Assembly: GCA_965243135.1 (NCBI GenBank)
Contig: OZ251539.1
Location: 4,192,001 to 4,256,000, forward strand
Direction: 5' to 3'
Origin: Alphaproteobacteria bacterium
Lineage (GTDB): Bacteria; Pseudomonadota; Alphaproteobacteria; MPNO01; UBA830
DNA: 64,000 nucleotides
The position numbers were made by a program, and so were the translations under genes. Numbering within the stretch: position 1 is the stretch's first letter; each line of letters begins with the position of its first letter. This document shows, piece after piece, positions 11,030-20,584 of this stretch. Below the pieces are notes generated by a model that was not told the origin of the DNA, made no database searches, and saw only the letters and a list, made by a program, of their open reading frames with translations.

Positions 11030-11046
11030 CCGTATTTATGTAACCC
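11019..11046 (+). other. Possible dif-like (XerC/XerD) recombination site
   Basis: CGCAGGCTTAA-CCGTAT-TTATGTAACCC has an 11-6-11 layout with a XerD-like arm; the XerC arm is degenerate. Confidence 0.3.
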
Positions 11047-11093
11047 CTTATCGATTTCGAAGTGCGACACGTGCGGTCAGCAATCTCGGTCAC
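11044..11093 (-). repeat. Diverged inverted copy D of the element end
   Basis: 37/50 ungapped identity to the reverse complement of 17405-17454. Confidence 0.7.
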
Positions 11094-11106
11094 GGCGCAA
11101 GACCCT

Positions 11107-11283
11107 GTCGTCGCGGCCCCCGTTCGCCGCGAAATGCAACCGGATGGTCGGGTGCGCTTCTGGGGAACGGTTACGCGACCCGGCGAAAACGCTCCGCGCA
11201 TCCTCCGCGTGGTCACGCTGGCCGACGGAAAAACGGTCCATAACGCTTTCTTCGATCGGGGATTCAGGGAGGACGAACCATGA
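11107..11283 (+). pseudogene. 5'-truncated small putative toxin of the type paired with DUF2283
   Basis: VVAAPVRREMQPDGRVRFWG..RILRVVTLADGKTVHNAFFDRGF; ATGA overlap with DUF2283; N-terminus replaced by repeat copy D. Confidence 0.6.
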
Positions 11284-11495
11284 AGCTCCATTACTATCCC
11301 GAAACTGACAGCCTCTACATCGAGCTCGGACCCGCGCCAAGTGTGGAGACGCGCGAGGTTTCCGACGGGTTGAACGTCGATCTCGACGCCGCTGGCGGCG
11401 TGGTTGGCTTCGATATCGACCATGCGTCGCGGCGGCTCGATCTCTCCACGCTTGAGGCCGAGGCGCTGCCGCTCCGCTCGATCAGAGCGGGATGA
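11280..11495 (+). CDS. DUF2283 family protein (putative antitoxin)
   Basis: MKLHYYPETDSLYIEL..VDLDAAGGVVGFDIDHAS; GGAGG SD. Confidence 0.85.
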   Translation: MKLHYYPETDSLYIELGPAPSVETREVSDGLNVDLDAAGGVVGFDIDHASRRLDLSTLEAEALPLRSIRAG

Positions 11496-11531
11496 GCGCA
11501 ATGGCGGGCGAGACGACGGCCGCGGCTAGGC

Positions 11532-13898
11532 CTGCCTGTGCCCCATAAAGATTTTTCTGGACTCTGGCCAGCCGATTCGCTACGGTGCCCGGCATGGAGT
11601 TCCAGAATCAGGTTCGGCAAAGCCTCCGGAACGATTTTGCGCGCTTGCAAGGGGTGCTGGCGAACGGGGTTTTCACTCGCCGCAGCGAGGTCGCGGATCG
11701 CGTGTGCGAAGCATTCGGGTTTCGTGATGGGCTTGGCCGCCTGCAGCGAGCGGGCTGTCTGAAGGCGTTGGCGGAGTTTGAGGCGGCGGGACGGATTTCG
11801 CTGCCGTCGCCGACGCATTCCGGCGGTGGCGCGTGGCGCCCGCGACGTCTTGCGGAGCCGGTTCCTCCGCCGAAGAGCGTACCGGAGGAAGTCGGTGCGG
11901 TCGAGGGCCTGGAGTTGGTGCCGGTGACGGATGACGATCATCGCCTGGTATGGAACACGATGCTGGAGGAGGAGCATCCACGCGGCGCCGGTCCACTGGT
12001 GGGCTGTCAGTTACGGTATCTGGTGGGGTCGGCGCATGGCTGGCTGGGGGCTGTCGGGTTCGCGGCGTCGGCGCACAGGCTCGAATGCCGCGACCGTTGG
12101 ATAGGCTGGAGCGACGCAGGAAGGCGCGCTTGTTTGCACCGGGTCGTGTGCCTGTCGCGTTTTCTGGTCCGGCCCGGCGTCGAGTGCCGTAATCTTGCCT
12201 CGCATGTCTTGGGCGGCGTGGTCCGCAGGGTGGGAGACGATTTCGAGGCGCGCTACGGCTACCGCCCGTATTTGCTGGAGACCTTCGTAGACCGGCATGC
12301 GGGAACGAGCTTTCAGGCGTCCAACTGGCACCGAATTGGCGAGACAGCCGGCCGGGGGCGACAGGATCGGGAACATGCGGCAACGGAGACGCCGAAGGCT
12401 GTATATGTGTACGAATTGGATGCGGACTGGCAGGTGCGCATCCTGGAGCCGCGTGCGCCGCTTGCACCGTTGGAGGTCGGATCCGGTCTGGATCGGGAGA
12501 GTTGGGCGGAACAGGAGTTCGGCGGTGCGCCGCTGGGGGATGTGCGTCTGAGCGCGCGCCTGGTGACTTGTGCCCGATATCAGGCGGAAGCGCCGACGCA
12601 GGCGTTCACGTGCGCTGCGAGAGGGGGCCTTGATAAAGGCTTACTATCGCTTGATCGACAAGCCGGACAGTGATGCGGTGACGGTGGAGAACATCCTGCA
12701 GCCGCATCGGCGGCAGACGCTGCGGCGGATGCAGGGGGAGAAGACGGTGCTGTGCGTGCAGGACGGCAGCACGCTGAACTTCGCGAAGCGGGGGAAGACC
12801 GAGGGTTTGGGAATCATCGGTCGGAACCAGACCGGCGCCGGCACCCGAGGCCTGAACCTGCACGCCACGGTCAACACGGAGGGGCTGCCGCTGGGGGTTC
12901 TGCGGGCGGCGTTCGATGCGCCGCAGCCGAGCGCGGAGAGGGACAAGCCCCGCGAGAAGAAGAAGTCGTACCGTTGGATTCAGGGCCTTCAGGACAGCGC
13001 CGAGGCTGCTTCTGCACTCGATGGCGTGCAGGTGGTCGGCGTCATGGACCGGGAGGCGGACTTCGTCGACCTGTTCGTTGAGCGGCGCGAGCGGGCGCCG
13101 GGAGTGGAACTTCTGGTGCGGGCGAAGACGAACCGGGTTCTCGGCAAGGACGACACCGACAAGCTGTTCGACAAGGTGCGGAAAAGCCCGGTGCAGGGCA
13201 AGCGCGTCATCGAGGTCAAACGTCTGAGCGCACGCATAAAGGCAAGCAAGCAGGCCGCGAGGGCCGTGCGGCCGGAGCGCCAGGCCACGGTCGAACTGCG
13301 CTACCTCAAGGTCGAGTTGCCGGCGAAGGGCAAGAATCCCGTCGAGGCGACGATTGTGCATGTCCGCGAGAAAGCTCCCCCGCCGGACGCCGGACGGCTG
13401 GAATGGTTCCTGCTGACGACGCTGCCGGTCGAGAGCGCCGAGGACGCCGAACGCATCCTGACTTGGTATGGCCTGCGCTGGCGTATCGAAGATTATTTCA
13501 GGGTCCTGAAGTCCGGCTGCCGAGGACCTTGAGAATCGGACGGCCGAACGTCTTCAGCGTGCCGCCGCCATCAACATCGTCATCGCCTGGCGCATCCACC
13601 TGATGACCCGTCTCGGACGGGAACTGCCCGATCTGCCGCCTGAGATCCTGTTCTCGGACGTCGAACTCCGGGTGCTGGCGCTCCTCGCCAAATCTTGGCG
13701 CATGGCACCGCCGAAAAGCCTCGGAGACGCTGTCTTCCTGGTCGCCCGCCTCGGAGGGTACTTCAAGCGCAAGCGTGATCCGCCAGGCGCGGAAGTGATG
13801 TGGAACGGCTACGCCCAACTCGCCGCCAAGGCGCATTTCCGGGAACTTGAGGATGAACACGGATGTTAGTTCAGCAAAACTTTATGGGGCACAGGCAG
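11532..13898 (+). mobile_element. IS4-family (IS50/Tn5-like) insertion sequence, 2367 bp
   Basis: Perfect 19-bp terminal inverted repeats CTGCCTGTGCCCCATAAAG (11532-11550 and 13880-13898); 8-bp target duplication GGCTAGGC (11524-11531 and 13899-13906). Confidence 0.93.
11594..13869 (+). pseudogene. DUF4338 (DruA/Mom-like) domain fused to an IS4 transposase; two frameshifts (about 12630 and 13525)
   Basis: N-terminal part: GCQLRYLV..RDRWIGW..SRFLV..NLASHVL..LLETFVD..GTSFQASNW. In frame with WAEQEFGGAPLGDVRL (Tn5-type DNA-binding). Then QDGS, DREAD, WFLLTT and YGLRWRIEDYFRVLKSGC (YREK motif). Confidence 0.85.
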
Positions 13899-14086
13899 GG
13901 CTAGGCGGCGGCGCTTGCCGTTCGGAGGTCTCGGGATTGCGGCGCTGAGGGCTGCCCCGTAACGCCCTGTCTTCACACCGCGACGCCCGAACGTGGAACG
14001 GTTATGTCGGTGCATGATAGCGGTGCGAGGCCGGGTGAACCATGACCAAAGTTACATGCTACGGGGTGAGCAGGCGCCGATCATGA

Positions 14087-17000
14087 GCGTTTGTTTCGTT
14101 GGCCCTTGACGCGCGCAACGCCGCCGCGCACTTCGCCGGCGAAATGGAGGCGCACGCCGCGCTGCGCCATCTGGACGCCATGCGCGAACTCCTGGCCGCC
14201 ATCGGCGCTGCTGGCCAGGAGACTGCGCTCGCAGCCCTTTATGACGAGCAATTTGCGGCAGACAGCGGGCCGGGGGCGGGCGCTAGCGACCTTAGGCTTG
14301 AGGAACCGCCGCCGGAACGCCCGCGCCCCTGGCGCGAGGTTTGCGAACCGCATCCCGATGTTCTGGCGGCGCGCTTCTCCGACGCCGAGTTCGCGGCCAA
14401 TCTGGCGTTGGTTGATCGGGGCCAGGGCGAGGAAGAATACGTCGACCCGGCGGTGTTCTTCCGCATCACCCATATGACCGAAGGGCTGCGACTGGTACTG
14501 CGGGCAGTCATCAAGCGGCTCGGCGGACGCGGCGGCGAGCCGGTGATCAGGCTTCAGACCAATTTCGGCGGCGGCAAGACCCACACCATGCTGGCGCTCC
14601 AGCGCGGTCGAGGCCGGCTACCGACCGAAGACTCTCGAAGGCTTGACTCCGATCTTCGCCGAGGCAGGCGTCGAAACCCTTCCCCGAATCCGGCGCGCGG
14701 TGTTCGTCGGCACCGACAAGGGTGCAGCAGAGGCAATGCACGTGGAGGATGGCCGGGAGGTCCGAACTCTGTGGGGGTACATCGCATGGCGGCTCGGTGG
14801 CTGGAAGGCAGTCGACAGCATCGCCGCGTCGGAAGACGCGGGGACAAATCCGGGATTGAAAAAGCTGATCCCTATTCTTCGCGAGGCTGTGCCGTGCCTG
14901 ATCCTGATGGACGAGGTAGTGGCGTTCGCACGCCAGTTGCGAGGCGTGCCTTACGACGCCTTCCACGCCTTCGTCCAGTCGCTGACCCGAGACCGCGGCC
15001 GCAGTCGAAGGTGCCGTGGTGGTCGGTTCGCTGCCGGAATCGGGCACCGAGGTCGGTGACGAGCAGGGTGAGACGGCGTTGCGGCGGCTGGAAAAGATTT
15101 TCGGGCGCCTGCAGTCGGCTTGGACGCCAGCGACCGATGTCGAGACCTTCGAGATCGTCCGGCGCCGCCTGTTCCAGCCGCTCGACGAAGCGGGCGGGCA
15201 AGCGCGCGACGAGACCGTTTGGGCGTTCCGCAAACTCTATCGCGACAACCGTGCGGACTTTCCGCCGAAAGCGCATGAAGAGGTCTACGAAGACCGGATG
15301 CGCCGCGCCTATCCACTGCATCCAGAAGTGCTACGGCGGTTTTCCGGCGATTGGTCAGTGCTGGAGAAGTTCCAGCGCACGTGCGGCGCTCTCAAGATCA
15401 TGGCGGGTGCCGTCTATGCGCTGTGGCAGGGCGAAAGCACCGCGCCCCTGATCACGCCGGCGCTGCTGCCGCTTCGCGATGCGCGCGTGCGGACCGCCCT
15501 CTTGGAACCGCTGGATCGCGCCTATGGGCCGATCCTGCAATCGGAAGTGGATGGCGATCAAGCGCTCACGGCGCGGATCGAGGCCCGGCGGCCTCGGATC
15601 GGCCGCGCAAAAGCGGCGACGGGCGCGGCGCGGGCGGTGTTTTTCGCCACTGCACCCCACGCAGGCGCCGCAAGCAACGCGCGCGGCGGCTTGACCGGCG
15701 CGGATCTGTGGCTCGCCTGCGCTCGTCCCGGCGACCAAATCGCGGTCTTCGGGGAGGCGCTGCAGGAAATCGCGTCAAGCGCGGCCTATCTCTACCGCGA
15801 TGGCGACCGCTTCTGGTTCTCGCCCCGCCCGACCCTGAACAAACTCGCCGCCGACCGCGCCCGCGACATGGACGCCGAGCGCGTCGACCGGCGCATCGTG
15901 GAAGTATTGCGCGAGGAAGCGCGCGACCGCGGCGGGTTCCACCGCGTCCACGCGGCTCCGGACGATCCATCCGACATTGAGGATCGGCGCGACGCTGCAG
16001 CGCTTGTGATCCTGCCTCCCTCGGCGGCGCACGACAACGACGGACCACCGCCATCCGCGGCGGAAACGCTTGCGCGAGACATCGTGGAGCGGCGCCGGAC
16101 CGGACAACGGAGCTATCGCAACGCGCTGGCGTTCGTGGCCGCCGACGCAGCGAACTTGGATGCGGCCCGCGAGAACGTGCGGCGGAAACTCGCTTGGCGG
16201 TCGATCTTGGACGATTCCGACCTTGAGAAGAACCTAACTCTCGCGCAGGCGAACGACGCCAAAGGACAGTTCGAGCGCGCGGGCGAGGCGCGCCGCCGCA
16301 GCGTCCGTGGTGCTTGGGTGCACCCCCTCTGTCCGGCGCCGGTCGAGGGCGCGAACGGCAAGCCATCTTCTGGTTTCGCCTTGCAGGCCGCACGGCTGGT
16401 GAACCGGGATGGTGCCAAAAGCGTGGCGCATGCAGCATGGGACAAGGCGACCGGGGACGGCACAGCGCTCGGCGAGATCGGCCCCGAAAACCTGACCCGC
16501 TGTCTCGAACCGCTGTGGCCGGAGAGCCAGCCGCATGCTCTGGTCGAGGACCTCCGCGAGTGGTTCGCTTCCTATGTTTACCTGCTGCGCTTGCGCGACG
16601 AGGCGGTTCTCGACGGCGCGCTGCGCCGCCTCGCCGAAGACTTCGCTCGGCCCTTCGCGCTCGCGGCCGGATTCGACGAGGCGACTGGTGTCTATGTCGA
16701 TGTCGTCGACGGAAAGGCGCTCCCGTTGGGAAACCTAGGCTCCCGTCTTCTGGTGCGTCGGGAGGCCATACCGGCGCCCCCTGAAGACCCTCGTCCGCCG
16801 CCGCCCGGCGGCAAGGCGTCGGACGATGCCAAGAGCGGCGGCGACCCCGACAAGCCGCAACCACCGCCCGACACGCCGCGGCCGAAACGGTTTTTCGCAT
16901 CGCTGAAGCTCGATCCCGAGCGTGCGGGCCGCGATGTAGCGCGGATCATGGACGGCCTGCTGGTCGAATTGACCCGCACGCCGGGGGCCAAAATCGAACT

Positions 17001-17124
17001 GACGCTGGAGATCGCAGGAACGGCGAGCGAAGTCGGCTACCCGCCGGATGTTGTGGACACCGTCACCGCCAACGCACGCGACCTCAAGTTGGATCAAGGC
17101 GACCTGGGGTTCGAGAAGAATTGA
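14087..17124 (+). pseudogene. Truncated and frameshifted HEPN (Swt1-like) plus DUF499 AAA+ ATPase
   Basis: RNAAAH (Rx4H), PWREVCEPHPDV, EFAANL, LQTNFGGGKTH (Walker A), ILMDE (Walker B), AYPLHPE, FQRT. Split over three frames with breaks near 14605 and 14990. Confidence 0.8.
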
Positions 17125-17333
17125 CGGCGAAGGTTCCGGTGCGTCGCCGCCGCGCCGACAGTGCGGTCGCAAAGGACGGGGTGGGCGCTTTGTCGAGCGC
17201 AGCCGGCAAGGCTGTCGCCGGGCTGCAGTGGCCTGCGCTCTGCGCGTCGGCCCGGCCACGCAGGTTCGCGGCCCAGGACAGGACAAACGGCGGTCGTCGG
17301 CGCGGCCACGGGGCAGAGGGGGATTTTTTCGCT

Positions 17334-17455
17334 GCGGCGGGGGCGTTCGCCTCCGCCGCCCCGGCTCCTTGACTCACCGGCCAACCCATCCCCATACTGC
17401 CTTGGTGACAGGGATTGCCGACCGTCGGTATTGCACTTCGGAGTTGATAGCGGGA
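17334..17455 (+). repeat. Dispersed non-coding element, copy C, with 5' hairpin
   Basis: Near-identical to copy A. Hairpin GCGGCGGGGGC-GTTC-GCCTCCGCCGC at 17334-17359. Ends TCGGAGTTGATAGCGGG. Confidence 0.9.
17369..17398 (+). promoter_or_regulatory. Putative sigma70 promoter inside copy C
   Basis: TTGACT, 18-nt spacer, CATACT; same as 200-229. Confidence 0.5.
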
Positions 17456-17883
17456 AGGGATTAGAGAATTAGGGGGATTTGCTGCCCTAATTTCCTAGCG
17501 ATTTCGCTCATCACTCCGCGGGAGCTTCGAGCACGAATCCCGCGATCAAGAACCGGACGGCCCCCGAGTCGTCGGGGCCGAAGCGCACGTAACTTGCAGG
17601 TTCCCCGCCAACTCTCACATTGGGGGCTGGCACGCCCAGGCGGTAAAGAAGTCGGTCGCTGCTCTACCCCAACTCCCGCGCCGTCCGCCGAAGCGCTGCG
17701 CGAGGGGGCCGCCATTCCCTCTCGCGCGCTCAGTTCGGCGTTGAAGAGCGACCGGACCAAACGGTTAACGACGCCGTCGCCGCTGGCTCCTCTCGTCCAG
17801 GAATACGCGTTGTCGAACGACCCCGCGTCAGCGGGCGATTTCGCTCCTCGGGTAATTCGGATTCGATCCCGAAGCCCCCGAAC

Positions 17884-17918
17884 CGGCCGGCCCGGCACCG
17901 TCAGGGGCGGGCCGGCCG
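17884..17918 (-). terminator. GC-rich hairpin just downstream of NHLP precursor 2
   Basis: 11-bp perfect stem CGGCCGGCCCG / CGGGCCGGCCG, 16 nt after the stop codon; no strong U-tract. Confidence 0.35.
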
Positions 17919-17934
17919 CGACGGGAGGCGTCGA

Positions 17935-18330
17935 TCAGATGGAGCCGCTTCCCCCTCGTGAGGTCCATACGTCGAGGCAGCTTGCGCCGCATCCGCAAGA
18001 AGGTGTCCCACATGCGGCGCTCCCCCCGACGCACTTGCCGCCGCCGGCGACCGCATTGAGCACCTCGTCCCCCACGCTGGCGTTGAAATCGGGGGGAAGG
18101 ATGAAATGGAAAACCTCGTCAGTGTCCTCGACGATGCGCACTTCCGTATCGGGCACCACCTGGATGCTGTTCTCGGAGAGGGCGGCGACCGGGTCCGAGT
18201 TGAGGTTCGAGCGAAAATCCGGATCCTTGCGGTACTCATCCGCGATGGAAGCGAGCTGGCGCACGCTCTCTTGAAGTCCCTCGGGCGACACCGGAATGTG
18301 AAGCACCGTCGTCAAGTTGATAGGGGGCAT
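17935..18330 (-). CDS. NHLP RiPP precursor peptide, 131 aa, Cys-rich core
   Basis: GAGGA SD. Leader DPDFRSNLNSDPVAALSE..EVRIVEDTDEVFHFILPP..DEVLNAVAGG. Core GKCVGGSAACGTPSCGCGASCLDVWTSRGGSGSI. Confidence 0.9.
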   Translation of the reverse strand: MPPINLTTVLHIPVSPEGLQESVRQLASIADEYRKDPDFRSNLNSDPVAALSENSIQVVPDTEVRIVEDTDEVFHFILPPDFNASVGDEVLNAVAGGGKCVGGSAACGTPSCGCGASCLDVWTSRGGSGSI

Positions 18331-18957
18331 GTTTCCATCCTCAATTCGCTGTTTCGATCACGCAAGGCGACACGCAAATGCTTGCATGCATCCAATACCC
18401 TAACCGGGAAGGTTGGGAAAACCCTAATTTCAGTAATTTTCGCCAAGGCGGCCGCATTTCCCGAAGGTACGCCGAAAAGGCGAAGTCGCCAAAAATTTTT
18501 CTCGAACGCCATATTTTTCACGGGATTAGAGCCGTAGGGGAAATTGCCGACATATCGCCGAGAACACCTTGGAACCGCTTCTCGAGACTCCGTTGGAATC
18601 CGAGGCCGCTTGAGTCCATGTCCGATAGCCTCGAAGAAGCGCTCGCCGAGTTCGCTTCGACGCGCGACTTCAGGGACAAGGAGTTCTCGGCGATTTCGCG
18701 ACGGACGCGAAACTTTCCGCCACGGCGCCGAGGCGCCTGGAGGCTGTCTCGGCCGCAGGGGCGGCGAATCGCCCGGCTGCACCGGGTCCCGCGACCGAAT
18801 GTCGCGGCGCAGGCCCGAGAACTGCGGAACCGGGCGGCCCGCCGCCGCGGAGCGCGGACAAGACTTGCGACTCGAGGGAAAGCCGCAGGACCGAGGCCGC
18901 GCCCCTTTCGACGGCTGCCGTTCCGCCGGAAAGTCGGCGAAGGCGGGTCGGGCCGCG

Positions 18958-20571
18958 TCAGGAGTTCTCTTCGGGATAAAGGCTGGCCGCCCGCAGGCCC
19001 CCGAAGCACTCCCAGGCGATGAGTTCGTGCGGATGGTCGATATGGACCTCGAACGCGACCTCGCCCGTGCGCTTCATCTCGCGGATTCTGCACCAGAACG
19101 GAAAATCGTTCGGATGCCATTCGTCGCGCCGCGCTTCGCTCCACGTCAGATCCTCGACCGCGACCCGGCGATTGAGGCGCTCGCGCCTCGGCAGGCAAAG
19201 GGAATCGATCACCAGCATGTTGTCGTTGGCAAGGCGGTGCGCATCCCCCATCGCCCATGAAATCACCCGCTCCGGATCATCGTCGTCCGACGAGGTCCAG
19301 ATCTCGGAAACCTCCATGGCGTCCGGATCGACGCGGTACTCGATCGCTCGCGCGAAGCACTCCCGCGGCTTCGCCGGCGGATCGAAGGGCATCGCGCGGA
19401 CGATGCCGTTGTCGTACATGACGAAGCAATTCTCGCCGGTCACGCGCGGGTTGTGGCCGTGGTAGTGCCAGCGGAGATCGTGCGTCGGCCGCAGCAGTTT
19501 CCGCCTGAAGCCGTCTCGCCAGCCCTTGTGGTCGCCGAGGATCCACTTGATCTCTCCGGAAGCGCGGTCGATCTTGACGATGGCGTCCTGATGGCGCAGC
19601 GAGACGAGAACGCTGTCGTCGTGACGGTCGTAGGCGACGCCGTTTCCGTGCGTCCAGTCGAGATGTTCGGGAAAGCCGCGCGTATGCCAGTAGACTTCGG
19701 TCAGATGATAGCCGATGCGCCAGATGTCCAGGTGTTCGAACGCGTCCCACCGCCACACGATTTCGCCTTCGGGAGTGAACTCCACGATCCTGTCGCCGAC
19801 CACCTTGCGGGTCGCTCGGGGCGCGTGCGGATCCGTTTCCGAGGTGTAGTAGTTCTCGATTTCCCGGGCGTTGGCGGTCAACGCCAGGTAGTTGCCGTTC
19901 GGCATCTCGTGCGGCTGATGATGCAAGCTCTGCGCGTCTATGGGAATCGCCGCCGGATCGTCGACCGGACCGAAGGGCCGCTTGTCTGCGTAGAAGGAAC
20001 GCACGACGTTGCCGCACATATCGATCTCGACCGAGCGGAAATCCACGTGGTGGTAAAACAGGTTGCCGTTCCGCAGCCGGTGCACGCCGGCGATTCGGGA
20101 ATCGGCGCGGTAGTACCAGACCACTTGGCCCTCTTCGTCGAGGGCGACCAGGAGCGACCAATCGCGCATGAAGGCGAACTGGCCCGGCGTCATCCAGATC
20201 GCCCGGGTCGCGGGGCTGCGCCGGACGCTGAGGATGGTGCAGCCCGGCTCCATTTCGTCCGGGCGGGACGCGACGCAGGCGAAGCGCGGCATCTCCGTCG
20301 CGTCTGCCGGCAGGGGCGGCGTTCGCCATGTCAACGTCGCCGGACCGGCCGTTCCCGCGGTCACGGTGATCCGGTGCTCGGTGTCCGCCCGCATGCCGAG
20401 GACGGGCAAGCCGCGCTCCGGGTCGCGGTCCGCGCCGAACGTCACGCGCCGCCGCTTGCGGCCGTCGTCGATCTCGAGCGCGGCGGCGACCGGACGGTCC
20501 GTCGCGAAGCGAACGATCGCGACCAGCGGCGCCCGTTCGTTCGGGTTGGCCTCGACGGTCGGCGCGAACAT
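18958..20571 (-). CDS. Aryl-sulfate sulfotransferase (ASST) family protein
   Basis: N-terminal NP..APL Ig-like start; LHHQPHEMPNGNYL, DWTHGNGVAYD, SLRHQ, YHGH, YDNG motifs; no obvious signal peptide. Confidence 0.82.
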   Translation of the reverse strand: MFAPTVEANPNERAPLVAIVRFATDRPVAAALEIDDGRKRRRVTFGADRDPERGLPVLGMRADTEHRITVTAGTAGPATLTWRTPPLPADATEMPRFACVASRPDEMEPGCTILSVRRSPATRAIWMTPGQFAFMRDWSLLVALDEEGQVVWYYRADSRIAGVHRLRNGNLFYHHVDFRSVEIDMCGNVVRSFYADKRPFGPVDDPAAIPIDAQSLHHQPHEMPNGNYLALTANAREIENYYTSETDPHAPRATRKVVGDRIVEFTPEGEIVWRWDAFEHLDIWRIGYHLTEVYWHTRGFPEHLDWTHGNGVAYDRHDDSVLVSLRHQDAIVKIDRASGEIKWILGDHKGWRDGFRRKLLRPTHDLRWHYHGHNPRVTGENCFVMYDNGIVRAMPFDPPAKPRECFARAIEYRVDPDAMEVSEIWTSSDDDDPERVISWAMGDAHRLANDNMLVIDSLCLPRRERLNRRVAVEDLTWSEARRDEWHPNDFPFWCRIREMKRTGEVAFEVHIDHPHELIAWECFGGLRAASLYPEENS

Positions 20572-20584
20572 CCGCCGGTCGGCG

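Noticed and set aside
17400-17455. Translation ALVTGIADRRYCTSELIA resembling IS1595/IS1 transposase C-termini
   Set aside because: The resemblance is short, there is no upstream transposase frame, and it is not conserved in the other copies.
17461-17898. Minus-strand 145-aa ORF with FNAELS and WTRGASG echoing NHLP2
   Set aside because: The motifs are in the wrong order, there is no double-Gly site or SD, and the composition looks like a shadow ORF; probably chance.
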